Origin: Candidatus Pacearchaeota archaeon
GTDB taxonomy: Archaea > Nanobdellota > Nanobdellia > Pacearchaeales > GW2011-AR1
Assembly (NCBI GenBank): GCA_018304025.1
Contig: JAGVXA010000012.1
Coordinates: forward strand, 1-62,434
DNA: 62,434 nt
Direction of reading: 5' to 3'
In this document: positions 43,711-52,767 of the stretch, piece after piece
How the letters are laid out: each line of letters opens with the position of its first letter
How positions within the stretch are numbered: the stretch's first letter is position 1
Made by a program: the position numbers and the translations under genes
The notes under the pieces: generated by a model
Seen by the model: only the letters and a program-made list of their open reading frames with translations
Database searches by the model: none
What the model was told of the DNA's origin: nothing

Positions 43711-45360
43711 ATGAAAAAGGTGTTAATTCTTTTTGGAATTTTTATTTTATTTAGTTTGAATTTTGTTTCTGCTGAATGCGCCGGCGGAGTTACTGTCGGA
43801 AATAATATCTCGCAATATGGCATAACCTGGACATTTGACAAGCCGTACCAATGCGGTCAATTCGTGAACGGGGATTACTGGGTCGTCGGGCCGGTGACGG
43901 TTCAAAGTGTTAACCCGCCGCCAACCGGCAGTGGCAGTTCCTTTCGCAACGGTTCGATGGTGAATCCACGAACCGGTTTAGACTCAAAACAAGGATATCA
44001 TGGCAATACATACGATTTTGATGCAAGCACATCAACAAGTTTTCCTCTCGATTTGTCTGCGGGTCAAAGTTTGCTTTCGTCAATATCAAACGCGGATGAT
44101 TTTCGTTTACCTAACGGTGTTTATCTTCCTATAAAAGTAATTGCTATTATCACTTGCTTAGATAGTAATCCTGGCGTTGATGCTTTTCGGCCTCAATACA
44201 GCACGGGAGCGAAAACCATTTATCATTCAACCGGATTGCTTACCAATTTGTTGCCGAACCTGACTCCTGCCAGCAATCCCCCCAGTTTAGAGAGTGTCGC
44301 GGCAGTTTTTGAGAAACCTTGGGTGGATCATTTCTGGGAATATCCCGGTGGTACTTTGCACCCACACCTTAATTTTCCGGAATGCACCTATGGCCGAGAT
44401 TCAACCATGCAGGTAGGTCGGGCAGCCCTAATGTTGTGTTCCGATAGTGCGGTTATTGGAGACAAAACTATTTTACTGAACCGGATTGTTCAATTAGGTA
44501 TCGATAATTATGGCTTAGTGCTCGCCGGGCAAAAATGGTCATCGCAGGGTGGGCATCCAATTGGCAGGAAACTCCCGATACTTATCGCTGGCCTAATGCT
44601 GAATGATTCCGAAATGTTTGGTGTCGGTACCAGCTATCCGCCAGACAGCATAACTTTCGGCGAAGATCACCAGATTGCCCACATCACCCAATCAATGATT
44701 GACGCGATTCAGCAACCTGAGGTGAGCGGGATTGTTCAGGGAGCGACGGCTAATACTGTTATTCTGCAAGAGGCTGCTTATCCACAATCATTGAATGATA
44801 TACAAAAAGACAATGAAATTGAAATAATTTCTGGGCGGGGATTGGGTCAACGCAGAACATTTTTGTCTTTTAACGCAAATACAAAAACCGGGACACTGAA
44901 AACCAATTGGGATATTATTCCAGACGGTACTTCGCGTTATCACGTTATCGGTTATGAGTCTAATATGCTTGGGGTGGCCGAATGGGGATCAAACCTGCGG
45001 GCGACAGGCGGCGTGCAAGCTAACCCATCGTGGTACGCTGGTTACCGAACACTCGTAGGATATACTCTAAACGGAGAAGCGTTAGCCGCTTTCATGTTGG
45101 GATTAAAGTCGGCATGGAATAACGACGCCTTTTTCGATTACACGGATCGTTACATGAATGTCACCGCTCCCAACGGAACGTATCCTGGTTATCGCTCCAT
45201 TGATGCGTGGACAGAAAGAATGTGGGACACATATCGTAATTGTTCTAACGGAATCCAAGATGGAACTGAAACAGGGGTTGACTGCGGGGGAATTTGCCCT
45301 GATGTATGCGAAGCGATGACGCAGTGCACGATAACAAAAGCATATTGGAAATTAATTTAA
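43711..45360 (+). CDS. secreted protein of unknown family (paralogue of 38586..40541) ending in CTITKAYWKLI
   Basis: Signal peptide. GNNISQYGITWTFDKPYQCGQFVNGDYWVVGP. Visibly more GC-rich than its surroundings. Confidence 0.7.
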   Translation: MKKVLILFGIFILFSLNFVSAECAGGVTVGNNISQYGITWTFDKPYQCGQFVNGDYWVVGPVTVQSVNPPPTGSGSSFRNGSMVNPRTGLDSKQGYHGNTYDFDASTSTSFPLDLSAGQSLLSSISNADDFRLPNGVYLPIKVIAIITCLDSNPGVDAFRPQYSTGAKTIYHSTGLLTNLLPNLTPASNPPSLESVAAVFEKPWVDHFWEYPGGTLHPHLNFPECTYGRDSTMQVGRAALMLCSDSAVIGDKTILLNRIVQLGIDNYGLVLAGQKWSSQGGHPIGRKLPILIAGLMLNDSEMFGVGTSYPPDSITFGEDHQIAHITQSMIDAIQQPEVSGIVQGATANTVILQEAAYPQSLNDIQKDNEIEIISGRGLGQRRTFLSFNANTKTGTLKTNWDIIPDGTSRYHVIGYESNMLGVAEWGSNLRATGGVQANPSWYAGYRTLVGYTLNGEALAAFMLGLKSAWNNDAFFDYTDRYMNVTAPNGTYPGYRSIDAWTERMWDTYRNCSNGIQDGTETGVDCGGICPDVCEAMTQCTITKAYWKLI

Positions 45361-45424
45361 TATTTTTTCACACGTCGCGTTAAGTTTATAATATCTTATT
45401 GATTTATTATCGAATAGGATTAAA

Positions 45425-45520
45425 ATGAGAGTTGATTGGAAGGATGTGATTATCTGGATTTTGGGAATATTGGCATTGATAGTGATAGCTATAGGTTATT
45501 TTAGAGGAGAATTTGGATAA
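45425..45520 (+). CDS. 31-aa single-TM peptide MRVDWKDVIIWILGILALIVIAIGYFRGEFG
   Basis: Below the track cutoff. Its TAA overlaps the next ATG (TAATG). A paralogue lies at 59499..59603. Confidence 0.5.
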   Translation: MRVDWKDVIIWILGILALIVIAIGYFRGEFG

Positions 45521-45756
45521 TGAAATTAAATATTTATGAAATATTATTTTGGATATTTTTTATACTTGCGATTGTAACTGTTTTCTGGTATATTTTTGGC
45601 GATAGTCCGACGATTGAACAGGCGTTATTAATTTTGGTAATTAGTCTTTTGTTTAAGATTCAGTCTAATGTATCGTTTAATACCGCAGAAATAACTATTC
45701 TGAAAAGAAGTTTTATTAGAATGGCTGACGATTTTAAAATGGCGAGGAAAAAATGA
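45520..45756 (+). CDS. 78-aa two-TM protein (paralogue of 59600..59839)
   Basis: Shared pattern LFWI...W.IFG.SP. ATGA overlap with the aldolase gene. Confidence 0.55.
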   Translation: MKLNIYEILFWIFFILAIVTVFWYIFGDSPTIEQALLILVISLLFKIQSNVSFNTAEITILKRSFIRMADDFKMARKK

Positions 45757-46505
45757 AAATTAAATGGGGAAAACTTTTGAGAAAAGGGAAGGCGATGTTT
45801 CTTGCTTATGATCAGGGAATGGAGCACGGGCCGTCGGATTTTGACGACGAGAATGTTAATCCTTTGGATATTATTTCAATTGCTGAAAAAGGGAAATTTA
45901 CAGGGTTGATTGTGCAGAAAGGGATTGCTGAGAAATATAACGCAGAAATTAGAAAATCGCGAGTGCCTTTGATATTGAAACTGAATGGGAAAACTAATTT
46001 GTTCAAGGGAGAGCCGATTGCTCGGCAGTTATGCAGTGTGCGGGAAGCTCGGAAACTTGGCGCTCGGGCTGTCGGATATACGATTTACATCGGCAGTGAT
46101 TATGAAGATGAAATGGCGCAGGAATTTGAGAGGATTCAGAGAGAGGCGCATAAATTTAGAATGCCTGTTGTTGCCTGGGTTTATCCTCGAGGGAGATCTG
46201 TTAAGGGGAAATCAAAAATAAAATTAATGGCTTATGCTGCGCGGTTTGGATTGGAGGCGGGAGCTGATATTGTCAAGCTGAATTATTTTGGAGAGATGAA
46301 AGATTTGAAATGGGCTGTGAAATCTGCGGGGCGGTGCAAAGTTGTCGTCGCTGGCGGCGTTAAGAAAAATGAGAGAGAGTTAATGAAACAGGTTGGCGAG
46401 ATTATGGTTTCGGGTTGTTCTGGAATTGCAATAGGAAGAAATGTCTGGCAGGCGGATGAGCCTCTAAATGCTGCGGAGAAAATAAGAAACGTCGTTTTCA
46501 GATAA
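45753..46505 (+). CDS. class I fructose-bisphosphate aldolase, archaeal DhnA/FbaB type
   Basis: 250 aa. AYDQGMEHGP, IVKLNY, VVAGG, GIAIGRN. An AroA'-type function cannot be excluded. Confidence 0.75.
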   Translation: MKIKWGKLLRKGKAMFLAYDQGMEHGPSDFDDENVNPLDIISIAEKGKFTGLIVQKGIAEKYNAEIRKSRVPLILKLNGKTNLFKGEPIARQLCSVREARKLGARAVGYTIYIGSDYEDEMAQEFERIQREAHKFRMPVVAWVYPRGRSVKGKSKIKLMAYAARFGLEAGADIVKLNYFGEMKDLKWAVKSAGRCKVVVAGGVKKNERELMKQVGEIMVSGCSGIAIGRNVWQADEPLNAAEKIRNVVFR

Positions 46506-46564
46506 AATAATTAAGTTTAAAATAACAGGATTCTTTTGTTTATCATAAATAGGGTGCAGAAAAT

Positions 46565-47266
46565 ATGCTAAAAGGAAAAATTGCGATTGTTACTGGCGGG
46601 GCAAAGGGAATTGGCAAGAGTATCGCGGATAAATTAATTAAAGAAGGAGCGAAAGTTGTTGTTTTGGATATTGAGAAAGCGAAAACAAAGTATTCTGAAA
46701 TTTGTGATGTTTCTAAATTTGACGACGTGCAGAAAATTATTTCACGCGTCGGAAAGAAGTTTGGAAGGATTGATATTTTAGTCAACAACGCAGGGATTTA
46801 TCCTTTTCAAAATTTAGCGGAGATGGCGGAAGAGGAATGGGACAGAGTTATTGATATTGATTTGAAGAGCGTGTTTAACTGCACGAGGGCTGTTTTGGAT
46901 TTTATGAAAAAAGGCGGGAAGATTGTGAATATAACGTCGATAGCTGGTTCGCGTATTGGATTTTCCGGCTTGACGCATTATTGCGCTGCAAAATCCGGGA
47001 TTGTTGGTTTTACCCGGGCTGCTGCTTTGGAGCTGGCGCCTAAAAAAATTAATGTGAATGCAATTGCTCCGGGCTTGATTATTACGCCGGGCGTGACGAG
47101 CGGGCTGGACAAGAAAGGAATAGAAAGTACTGTTGGGATGGTTCCGTTGAAGAGGGCTGGACAACCAGAAGATATTGCCGACGCTGCTGTGTTTTTGGCT
47201 TCTTCTGGGGCTGATTATATTACTGGGGAGACAATTGCTGTCGACGGAGGATGGACGGTTTCTTAA
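46565..47266 (+). CDS. SDR-family oxidoreductase (FabG-like)
   Basis: TGGAKGIG, NNAG, and the S...YxxxK catalytic pattern (YCAAK). Confidence 0.85.
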   Translation: MLKGKIAIVTGGAKGIGKSIADKLIKEGAKVVVLDIEKAKTKYSEICDVSKFDDVQKIISRVGKKFGRIDILVNNAGIYPFQNLAEMAEEEWDRVIDIDLKSVFNCTRAVLDFMKKGGKIVNITSIAGSRIGFSGLTHYCAAKSGIVGFTRAAALELAPKKINVNAIAPGLIITPGVTSGLDKKGIESTVGMVPLKRAGQPEDIADAAVFLASSGADYITGETIAVDGGWTVS

Positions 47267-47267
47267 A

Positions 47268-47906
47268 ATGATAGTAATAAATTTCAAGAATTATAAATTT
47301 GGGAAAGAAACGGTTGAGCTTGCCAAGAAGATAGAGAAATATTTGCCTTCTGCTATTGCCTGCCCTTCGGCGCTTGACGCCGGCGATGTTTCTTGCTCGA
47401 CTAAATTAAAAGTTTACGCGCAGCACGTTGACAACTTCGATGGCGATAGAGCTACGGGTTTTGTTTTGGCTGGAGGGTTGAAAAAATTGGGAGTTCGCGG
47501 AAGTTTGCTGAATCATTCTGAGCATAGAATTCCTGAGAAAGAAATTGCGGAGACGATTGCGAAATGTAATTCGCTCGGATTGAAAATTATTTTGTGCGCT
47601 GAGAGTGTTGCTGAAGCTCGGAGATTTATTTCTTTGAAGCCCGAGGCGATTGCGTTTGAAGACAGGGATTTGATTGGGAGCGGGAAGTCGATTACAGATT
47701 ACAAAAGCGACGAGGTTAAAAAATTTGTCGGGGTTTTGCGAGGGAGCGGAGTGAAGGCTTTATGCGGCGCTGGGGTGAGTTCTGCGGAAGATGTTCGTGT
47801 TGCTTTTGAATTAGGATGCGACGGAGTTTTGATTGCTTCTGCGATTGTTAAGGGAGATTTGGAGAAAGCGGAGAAATTGCTGAGAGAGATTAGCAGAGTG
47901 AGATGA
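47268..47906 (+). CDS. tpiA: triosephosphate isomerase (archaeal type)
   Basis: The ATG at 47268 gives MIVINFKNYKFG. LNHSEHR, GSGKS, and a C-terminal GVLIASA. Confidence 0.85.
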   Translation: MIVINFKNYKFGKETVELAKKIEKYLPSAIACPSALDAGDVSCSTKLKVYAQHVDNFDGDRATGFVLAGGLKKLGVRGSLLNHSEHRIPEKEIAETIAKCNSLGLKIILCAESVAEARRFISLKPEAIAFEDRDLIGSGKSITDYKSDEVKKFVGVLRGSGVKALCGAGVSSAEDVRVAFELGCDGVLIASAIVKGDLEKAEKLLREISRVR

Positions 47907-47969
47907 ATTTTATTGGAGTTGCGTGCTGAAGAACAGAATATTTTTAATGTTCGTTTTCTTATTTTATCT

Positions 47970-48311
47970 ATGAAAGAGTATAAGGTGTTTCGTTCTCTTG
48001 CTTTTCAAGAGTAGGCTGCGAAGTATGACAAATTTTTTCAGGATAGAATTGATAAAATTGAAGATAAACTTATGTTTAATCCAGAGTACGGAACGCCTCT
48101 TGGGACGAGATGGTTTAGGGAATCACGATTTGAAAATTATCGCATTTATTATTTAATTTATGAAGATTTGCAGGCAGTTTATATGGCTGCGATAAGTGGG
48201 AAGAAGGATCAGCAAAAAACAATTAACACGATTAAACTTTTCTTGGAATTTTTTAGAGAAGAAGTTGAGAAGCTGGTGAACCGAGATGATTTTCAAGACG
48301 AAGAAGCTTAA
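47970..48311 (+). pseudogene. RelE/ParE-family toxin gene interrupted by an in-frame TAG (48012..48014)
   Basis: MKEYKVFRSLAFQE*AAKYDKFFQDRIDKIEDKLMFNPEYGTPLG...YRIYYLIYEDLQAVYMAAISGKKDQ. One frame throughout. Confidence 0.6.
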
Positions 48312-48314
48312 ATT

Positions 48315-48449
48315 TTACTTTACTCTGATTACTCTGCCTTCTTTAATATCTTTTATACTTCTGACTAATTGTTTTAATAAATCTACGTCTATATTTGCCT
48401 GCATTTTCAATCTGTTATATTCTTCTTTTGATATTATAACTTTTTCCAT
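48315..48449 (-). CDS. 44-aa antitoxin-like peptide MEKVIISKEEYNRLKMQANIDVDLLKQLVRSIKDIKEGRVIRVK
   Basis: Below the track cutoff. Convergent with the RelE remnant. Resembles short archaeal antitoxin-type proteins. Confidence 0.4.
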   Translation of the reverse strand: MEKVIISKEEYNRLKMQANIDVDLLKQLVRSIKDIKEGRVIRVK

Positions 48450-48496
48450 ATTAAGAAAGGATGTTTAAAGTTTATAAAACTTGTGAAAAGAAAAAA

Positions 48497-49411
48497 TCAT
48501 TTTACCAGCAGACTAGCTCCGATTGTGCCGGGATGCCTTAGGCGCGAGAATTCTATAGGGGTTGCGTGCGGGAGAATAGAGTATTTTTTCGCTGATTGTT
48601 TTATTTTATTCAGGAGAGGAGCGCCTGCTTCTGTAAATCCGCCGTTTATCACAATTACTTCTGGGTCGAATACATTTATCAGAGAGCCGAGCCCTTGTCC
48701 GATGTAATCATACGTTTCTTCCAAAATTTCTTTTGCTTTTTTATCATCCATTTTTATCAGTTCGGAAATTAACAGGTCTTTTTTGAATGTTTCTTTTATT
48801 TTCTTTTTTGTGTCCTGCCAGAGCGTTTCGAAGAATTTCCCGTCTTGAAGTATTATGTGTCCGAGTTCGCCTGCGAATTTTCTTCCCGTGTAAATATTTT
48901 TTTCGATTACAATTCCTCCGCCAATTCCTGTGCCGAATGCAATTACAATGAAATTTTTTTTCTTTACTCCGAGTGTTTTTTCTGCGAGAGTTATGCAGTG
49001 CACGTCGTTTTCAATTGCTACTTTTCTCTTGAATTTGGTTTCTAAATGTTTTTTTAGATTGAAATTTTTCAGCGGGATGTTTGGGGGGTTTTTTATTATG
49101 CCGTTTTCCAACGGTCCGGGGGAACCCATTCCAATTGCTTTCACGTCTTTGTCAATTAAGGAATCTATTGTATTGTCTAATAGTGCTAGGAGTTCTTCTT
49201 TTGTTTTCGGAGTAATGTTTTTTATGTATTTTATTATTTTATTTCCTTCTACTAAAGCGACTCTTAGGTTGGTTCCGCCGAGATCTACTGCAATGACTTT
49301 TGGTATGTTAACTCTGCTTTTTTTCGGCGCGAATTGTCGTGACAATTCGTTATCTTTATGAAAATTCGCGGAGCGAATTTTCTGCGCGCCGAAATTAATT
49401 TGATTATTCAT
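48497..49411 (-). CDS. ROK-family glucokinase
   Basis: AVDLGGTNLRVA, GTGIGGGIV, GELGH. The first ~30 codons run through a palindromic repeat unit. Confidence 0.8.
   Translation of the reverse strand: MNNQINFGAQKIRSANFHKDNELSRQFAPKKSRVNIPKVIAVDLGGTNLRVALVEGNKIIKYIKNITPKTKEELLALLDNTIDSLIDKDVKAIGMGSPGPLENGIIKNPPNIPLKNFNLKKHLETKFKRKVAIENDVHCITLAEKTLGVKKKNFIVIAFGTGIGGGIVIEKNIYTGRKFAGELGHIILQDGKFFETLWQDTKKKIKETFKKDLLISELIKMDDKKAKEILEETYDYIGQGLGSLINVFDPEVIVINGGFTEAGAPLLNKIKQSAKKYSILPHATPIEFSRLRHPGTIGASLLVK
49325..49391. mobile_element. 67-nt palindromic unit (CGGCGCG arms) at the 5' end of the glucokinase gene
   Basis: cggcgcg-gaattgtc gtg acaattc-..-aaaattcgc gga gcgaatttt-..cgcgccg. Same family as 4490..4553. 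Confidence 0.65.
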
Positions 49412-49620
49412 TTTTCCTCTTTTCTTATTATTGAGAGGCAGAGGAGTATAAAAATTTTGGGATGTTCGGATATTGCAAGAATATTAGAATATGCATAAAT
49501 TATTTATCGTATTAAACTTTTGAAGTTATATGTTTAGAAGGAAAATACCGATGAGAAATACGAATTTAAGATAATTATTTGTGAGATAAAAAGTTACGCT
49601 TCTTATTAACTATGGCGGCA

Positions 49621-49635
49621 GTAAAATATAATAAC
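49621..49635 (+). promoter_or_regulatory. putative TATA/BRE region (gtaaaatataataac) 35 nt before the ATG
   Basis: The identical 15-mer lies at the same distance upstream of the paralogous leader at 53115. Confidence 0.35.
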
Positions 49636-49655
49636 TGTGCAAGACAATTCTATTT

Positions 49656-51683
49656 ATGAAAAAAGAGGGGGCTTTACTTATTGGAGCATTTATTTTAATA
49701 TTTTTGAGCTTTGCTTTTTTCTCTGAGAGGTTTGTTCTTATGGGGCCTGATGATGGGGACTGTGTCATAACTAAAGCGAGGTGGAAAGTTTCTGAGAATA
49801 TTTCTGTTGAAAATATCAGTCAATCAGATACAGACGGAGATGGAATTGGAGATGAATATGATAATTGTCCGAACCATAGCAATGCAAATCAGGCAGATAC
49901 AGACGGAGATGGAATTGGAAATGCTTGCGCTTATATTTGTTTTCATGACGTAACAGGAAATCTTGCTGTTGATACAACCGACCTTGCTAAGGTAAAAGCC
50001 TATAACAGCACGACGAACTGCAGTTTAATAACTAATGCTTCTGATTCAAAACATTCTTTGCCTTGGTGCAATTTTGTTGATGTTAACAGAGACACTGTTG
50101 TTGATTTTATAGATCTTGATATTGTAAGAACTTACATTGGAGGATTATGCTATTGCAGCAGCACAAGGGAAATTTGCGACGGGATTGACAATAATTGCGA
50201 CGGGATTATTCCCGATAACGAGATAGATTCAGATAACGATGGTTTACCTGACTGTTATGGGCAGTGTTACAGCTCTCAGGATACAGATGGCGACGGAGCC
50301 AGAGATTCGTGCGATAATTGTGTGCTTGTCGAAAATTCTGGGCAGGAAGATTCAGATGGCGACGGAGCCGGAGACGCCTGCGACAATTGCGTATTTTATT
50401 CAAACTACAGACAGCCAGATTTAGATTTGGATGGGCTTGGAGATGAATGCGACAATTGTCCTCTTGTCAAAAATCCCCTGCAGGAAAATTCTGACAGTGA
50501 CATGCACGGAGACGCCTGCGACCTATGCCCTGGATTTGAAAATGAAGGAAATTATGATATGGATAAAGATGGGCTTGGAGATGAATGCGATAATTGCCCT
50601 GCAAAGTATAATCCGAACCAAGAAGATGTTGATGGCGACGGAGTCGGAGACGGATGTGATAACTGCTTAGATATACCAAATAACGACCAATTGAATGAAG
50701 ACCGTGACGATTTAGGGGATGCCTGCGATAATTGCCCGGCAGTCTATAATCCTACTCAAAGAGATATTAATGGCAACGGCGTGGGAGATGTTTGCGATTA
50801 CTGTGAACAAAACAGCGATTGTCCGAGCAATTCCTGCTATACTCCCTCCTGCAATGTTTTACTGCATAGATGCGAATATGTCCACAACTGGCAAGTTCCC
50901 GGGTGCTTAGCATGCGGGACAATCATATCAACGAGCAACGTCGTAGTAACTCTGGACAGGAATCTTGATAACTGCAAGGATTTTGGAATTATGATTGACG
51001 CAAATAATGTGACTGTTGACTGCAGCGGATATGAGATAACAGGGACAGAATATATTTCTGCTGCTTATTATCCTTCTTTAAACAAAGAAAGCTGCAGCAT
51101 TCCTGAATTTAATCAATATGTTTATCCGAGCGGAGTTGTAGTGTGCAGAGGCAACCAGAAATACACTGTAAAGAATTGCATGATTCATGATGGCTTTAAG
51201 ACAGGATGGTATGGCGGAGGAATAACTGTTTATGCCGATAGTTCGAGCTATTCGACAGCAGGATTAATAGAAAATAATACTCTCTATAATGTGGCAAATG
51301 GTCTGATGCACTGGGGAGACTTTGATATTGTAAGAAACAACATTTTTGAGAATAATGCTTTGGGTATCTTTGCCGATGAGGTTATGGGGGCAAGCTATGT
51401 GAACAACACATTCAGAAATTCTTCAAAAGCAATAAGCAGGTATTGCGGCGTGTACTGCAATCACCGAGAGTATCCATTGAATATAGCGGACAATCTATTT
51501 GACAAAAATAAAGTAGGAATTGACTTCTGGACAGCAGGTGATGGGGATATAAGAGACAATATATTGAGGAATATCTTCATAACTCTGCCTGGTCAATCTG
51601 CGATAATAAATACATCTTCAATGAAAAACATAACAAACTATTATGAAGGGAATATATTAAACGGAGAGCCTTATTCGCCGTGA
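49656..51683 (+). CDS. secreted thrombospondin type-3 (Ca-binding) repeat protein with C-terminal beta-helix domain and N-terminal CVITKARW tag
   Basis: At least 10 D-x-D-x-DG-x-x-D-x-CDNC repeats, one [10 protein letters not shown] motif, and a NosD-like N-x-x-x-N rung pattern at the C-terminus. Confidence 0.75.
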   Translation: MKKEGALLIGAFILIFLSFAFFSERFVLMGPDDGDCVITKARWKVSENISVENISQSDTDGDGIGDEYDNCPNHSNANQADTDGDGIGNACAYICFHDVTGNLAVDTTDLAKVKAYNSTTNCSLITNASDSKHSLPWCNFVDVNRDTVVDFIDLDIVRTYIGGLCYCSSTREICDGIDNNCDGIIPDNEIDSDNDGLPDCYGQCYSSQDTDGDGARDSCDNCVLVENSGQEDSDGDGAGDACDNCVFYSNYRQPDLDLDGLGDECDNCPLVKNPLQENSDSDMHGDACDLCPGFENEGNYDMDKDGLGDECDNCPAKYNPNQEDVDGDGVGDGCDNCLDIPNNDQLNEDRDDLGDACDNCPAVYNPTQRDINGNGVGDVCDYCEQNSDCPSNSCYTPSCNVLLHRCEYVHNWQVPGCLACGTIISTSNVVVTLDRNLDNCKDFGIMIDANNVTVDCSGYEITGTEYISAAYYPSLNKESCSIPEFNQYVYPSGVVVCRGNQKYTVKNCMIHDGFKTGWYGGGITVYADSSSYSTAGLIENNTLYNVANGLMHWGDFDIVRNNIFENNALGIFADEVMGASYVNNTFRNSSKAISRYCGVYCNHREYPLNIADNLFDKNKVGIDFWTAGDGDIRDNILRNIFITLPGQSAIINTSSMKNITNYYEGNILNGEPYSP

Positions 51684-51757
51684 TAAATCTTAATTTGATA
51701 GAGTTTAGATAGGAAAGGTTTTTAATAACTGGATATTAGATTATTTAGAAAAAGAAG

Positions 51758-52738
51758 ATGAATATAGCAATAAACGGATTCGGGAGAATTGGAAGAGCTG
51801 TGTTTAAAATAGCGCTGGAAAAGGGGATGCATATTGTCGCGATTAATGATTTGTCCGACGTGAAAGATTTGGCTTATTTGTTAAAATATGATTCTGTTTA
51901 CGGACGTTATGACAAGAAAGTCGGAATTAAAGGAGGAGATTTGGAAATTAATGGGAAGGTTGTTAAAGTTCTTGCTGAAAAAGACCCTTTGAATTTGCCG
52001 TGGAAAAAACTCGGAGTTGATGTTGTTATTGAATCAACTGGTTTTTTTACAGATAGGATAGGGGCTGAGAAACATTTGAAAGCTGGCGCGAAATTTGTTT
52101 TGATAACTGCTCCTGCCAAGAATCCTGATGCGACGATTGTTTTGGGAGTTAACGACGGAGATTTAAAAAAAGAACATAAGATTATTTCTGCTGCTTCCTG
52201 CACGACGAATTGCCTTGCGCCGATTGTGAAAGTTCTTGATGATAATTTTGGAATAGAACAGGGGATTATGACGACGGTTCACGCTTACACGAATGATCAG
52301 GTTGTGCATGACCAAGTTCACAGAAAAATGCGCCGGGGGCGGGCAGCAGGATTGAATATTATTCCTACTACGAGTGGGGCGAGCGAGGCGATTAACGCTG
52401 TTATTCCGAGATTAAAGGGGAGGATTGACGGCTTGGCTTTGCGAGTTCCTGTTTCTGTGGGTTCTATTGTTGATTTTTCTGCGAGGTTGAAAAGACCTGC
52501 GGATGCTGCGAAAATAAATGAGGCGATGAAGAAAGCAGCGCAAGGGACGATGAAAGGAATTTTGGATTATACTGAAGATGAAATTGTTTCTTCTGACGTG
52601 ATTGGTACGACTTGCTCGTCGTTGTTTGATGCTACTGGGACGATAGTTCTGGGTGATTTAGTAAAGGTATTTTCCTGGTATGATAATGAGTATGGGTATT
52701 CGTGCAGAGTTGTGGATGTTGTTAGGATGCTGAGGTAA
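51758..52738 (+). CDS. gap: glyceraldehyde-3-phosphate dehydrogenase, type I (bacterial/eukaryal class), copy 1
   Basis: INGFGRIGR, SCTTNCLAP, WYDNEYGYS. Confidence 0.92.
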   Translation: MNIAINGFGRIGRAVFKIALEKGMHIVAINDLSDVKDLAYLLKYDSVYGRYDKKVGIKGGDLEINGKVVKVLAEKDPLNLPWKKLGVDVVIESTGFFTDRIGAEKHLKAGAKFVLITAPAKNPDATIVLGVNDGDLKKEHKIISAASCTTNCLAPIVKVLDDNFGIEQGIMTTVHAYTNDQVVHDQVHRKMRRGRAAGLNIIPTTSGASEAINAVIPRLKGRIDGLALRVPVSVGSIVDFSARLKRPADAAKINEAMKKAAQGTMKGILDYTEDEIVSSDVIGTTCSSLFDATGTIVLGDLVKVFSWYDNEYGYSCRVVDVVRMLR

Positions 52739-52767
52739 GAATTTAATTTTTAGTATATAAATTATAT

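Noticed and set aside
46814-47287. 157-aa minus-strand ORF
   Set aside because: It is antisense to the SDR gene, and its Arg/Ser/Asn-rich translation is typical of antisense frames.
50206-50910. Short ORFs in alternative frames within 49656..51683
   Set aside because: They are by-products of the repetitive GAT/GAC-rich DNA encoding the TSP3 repeats. The main frame gives a coherent repeat protein.
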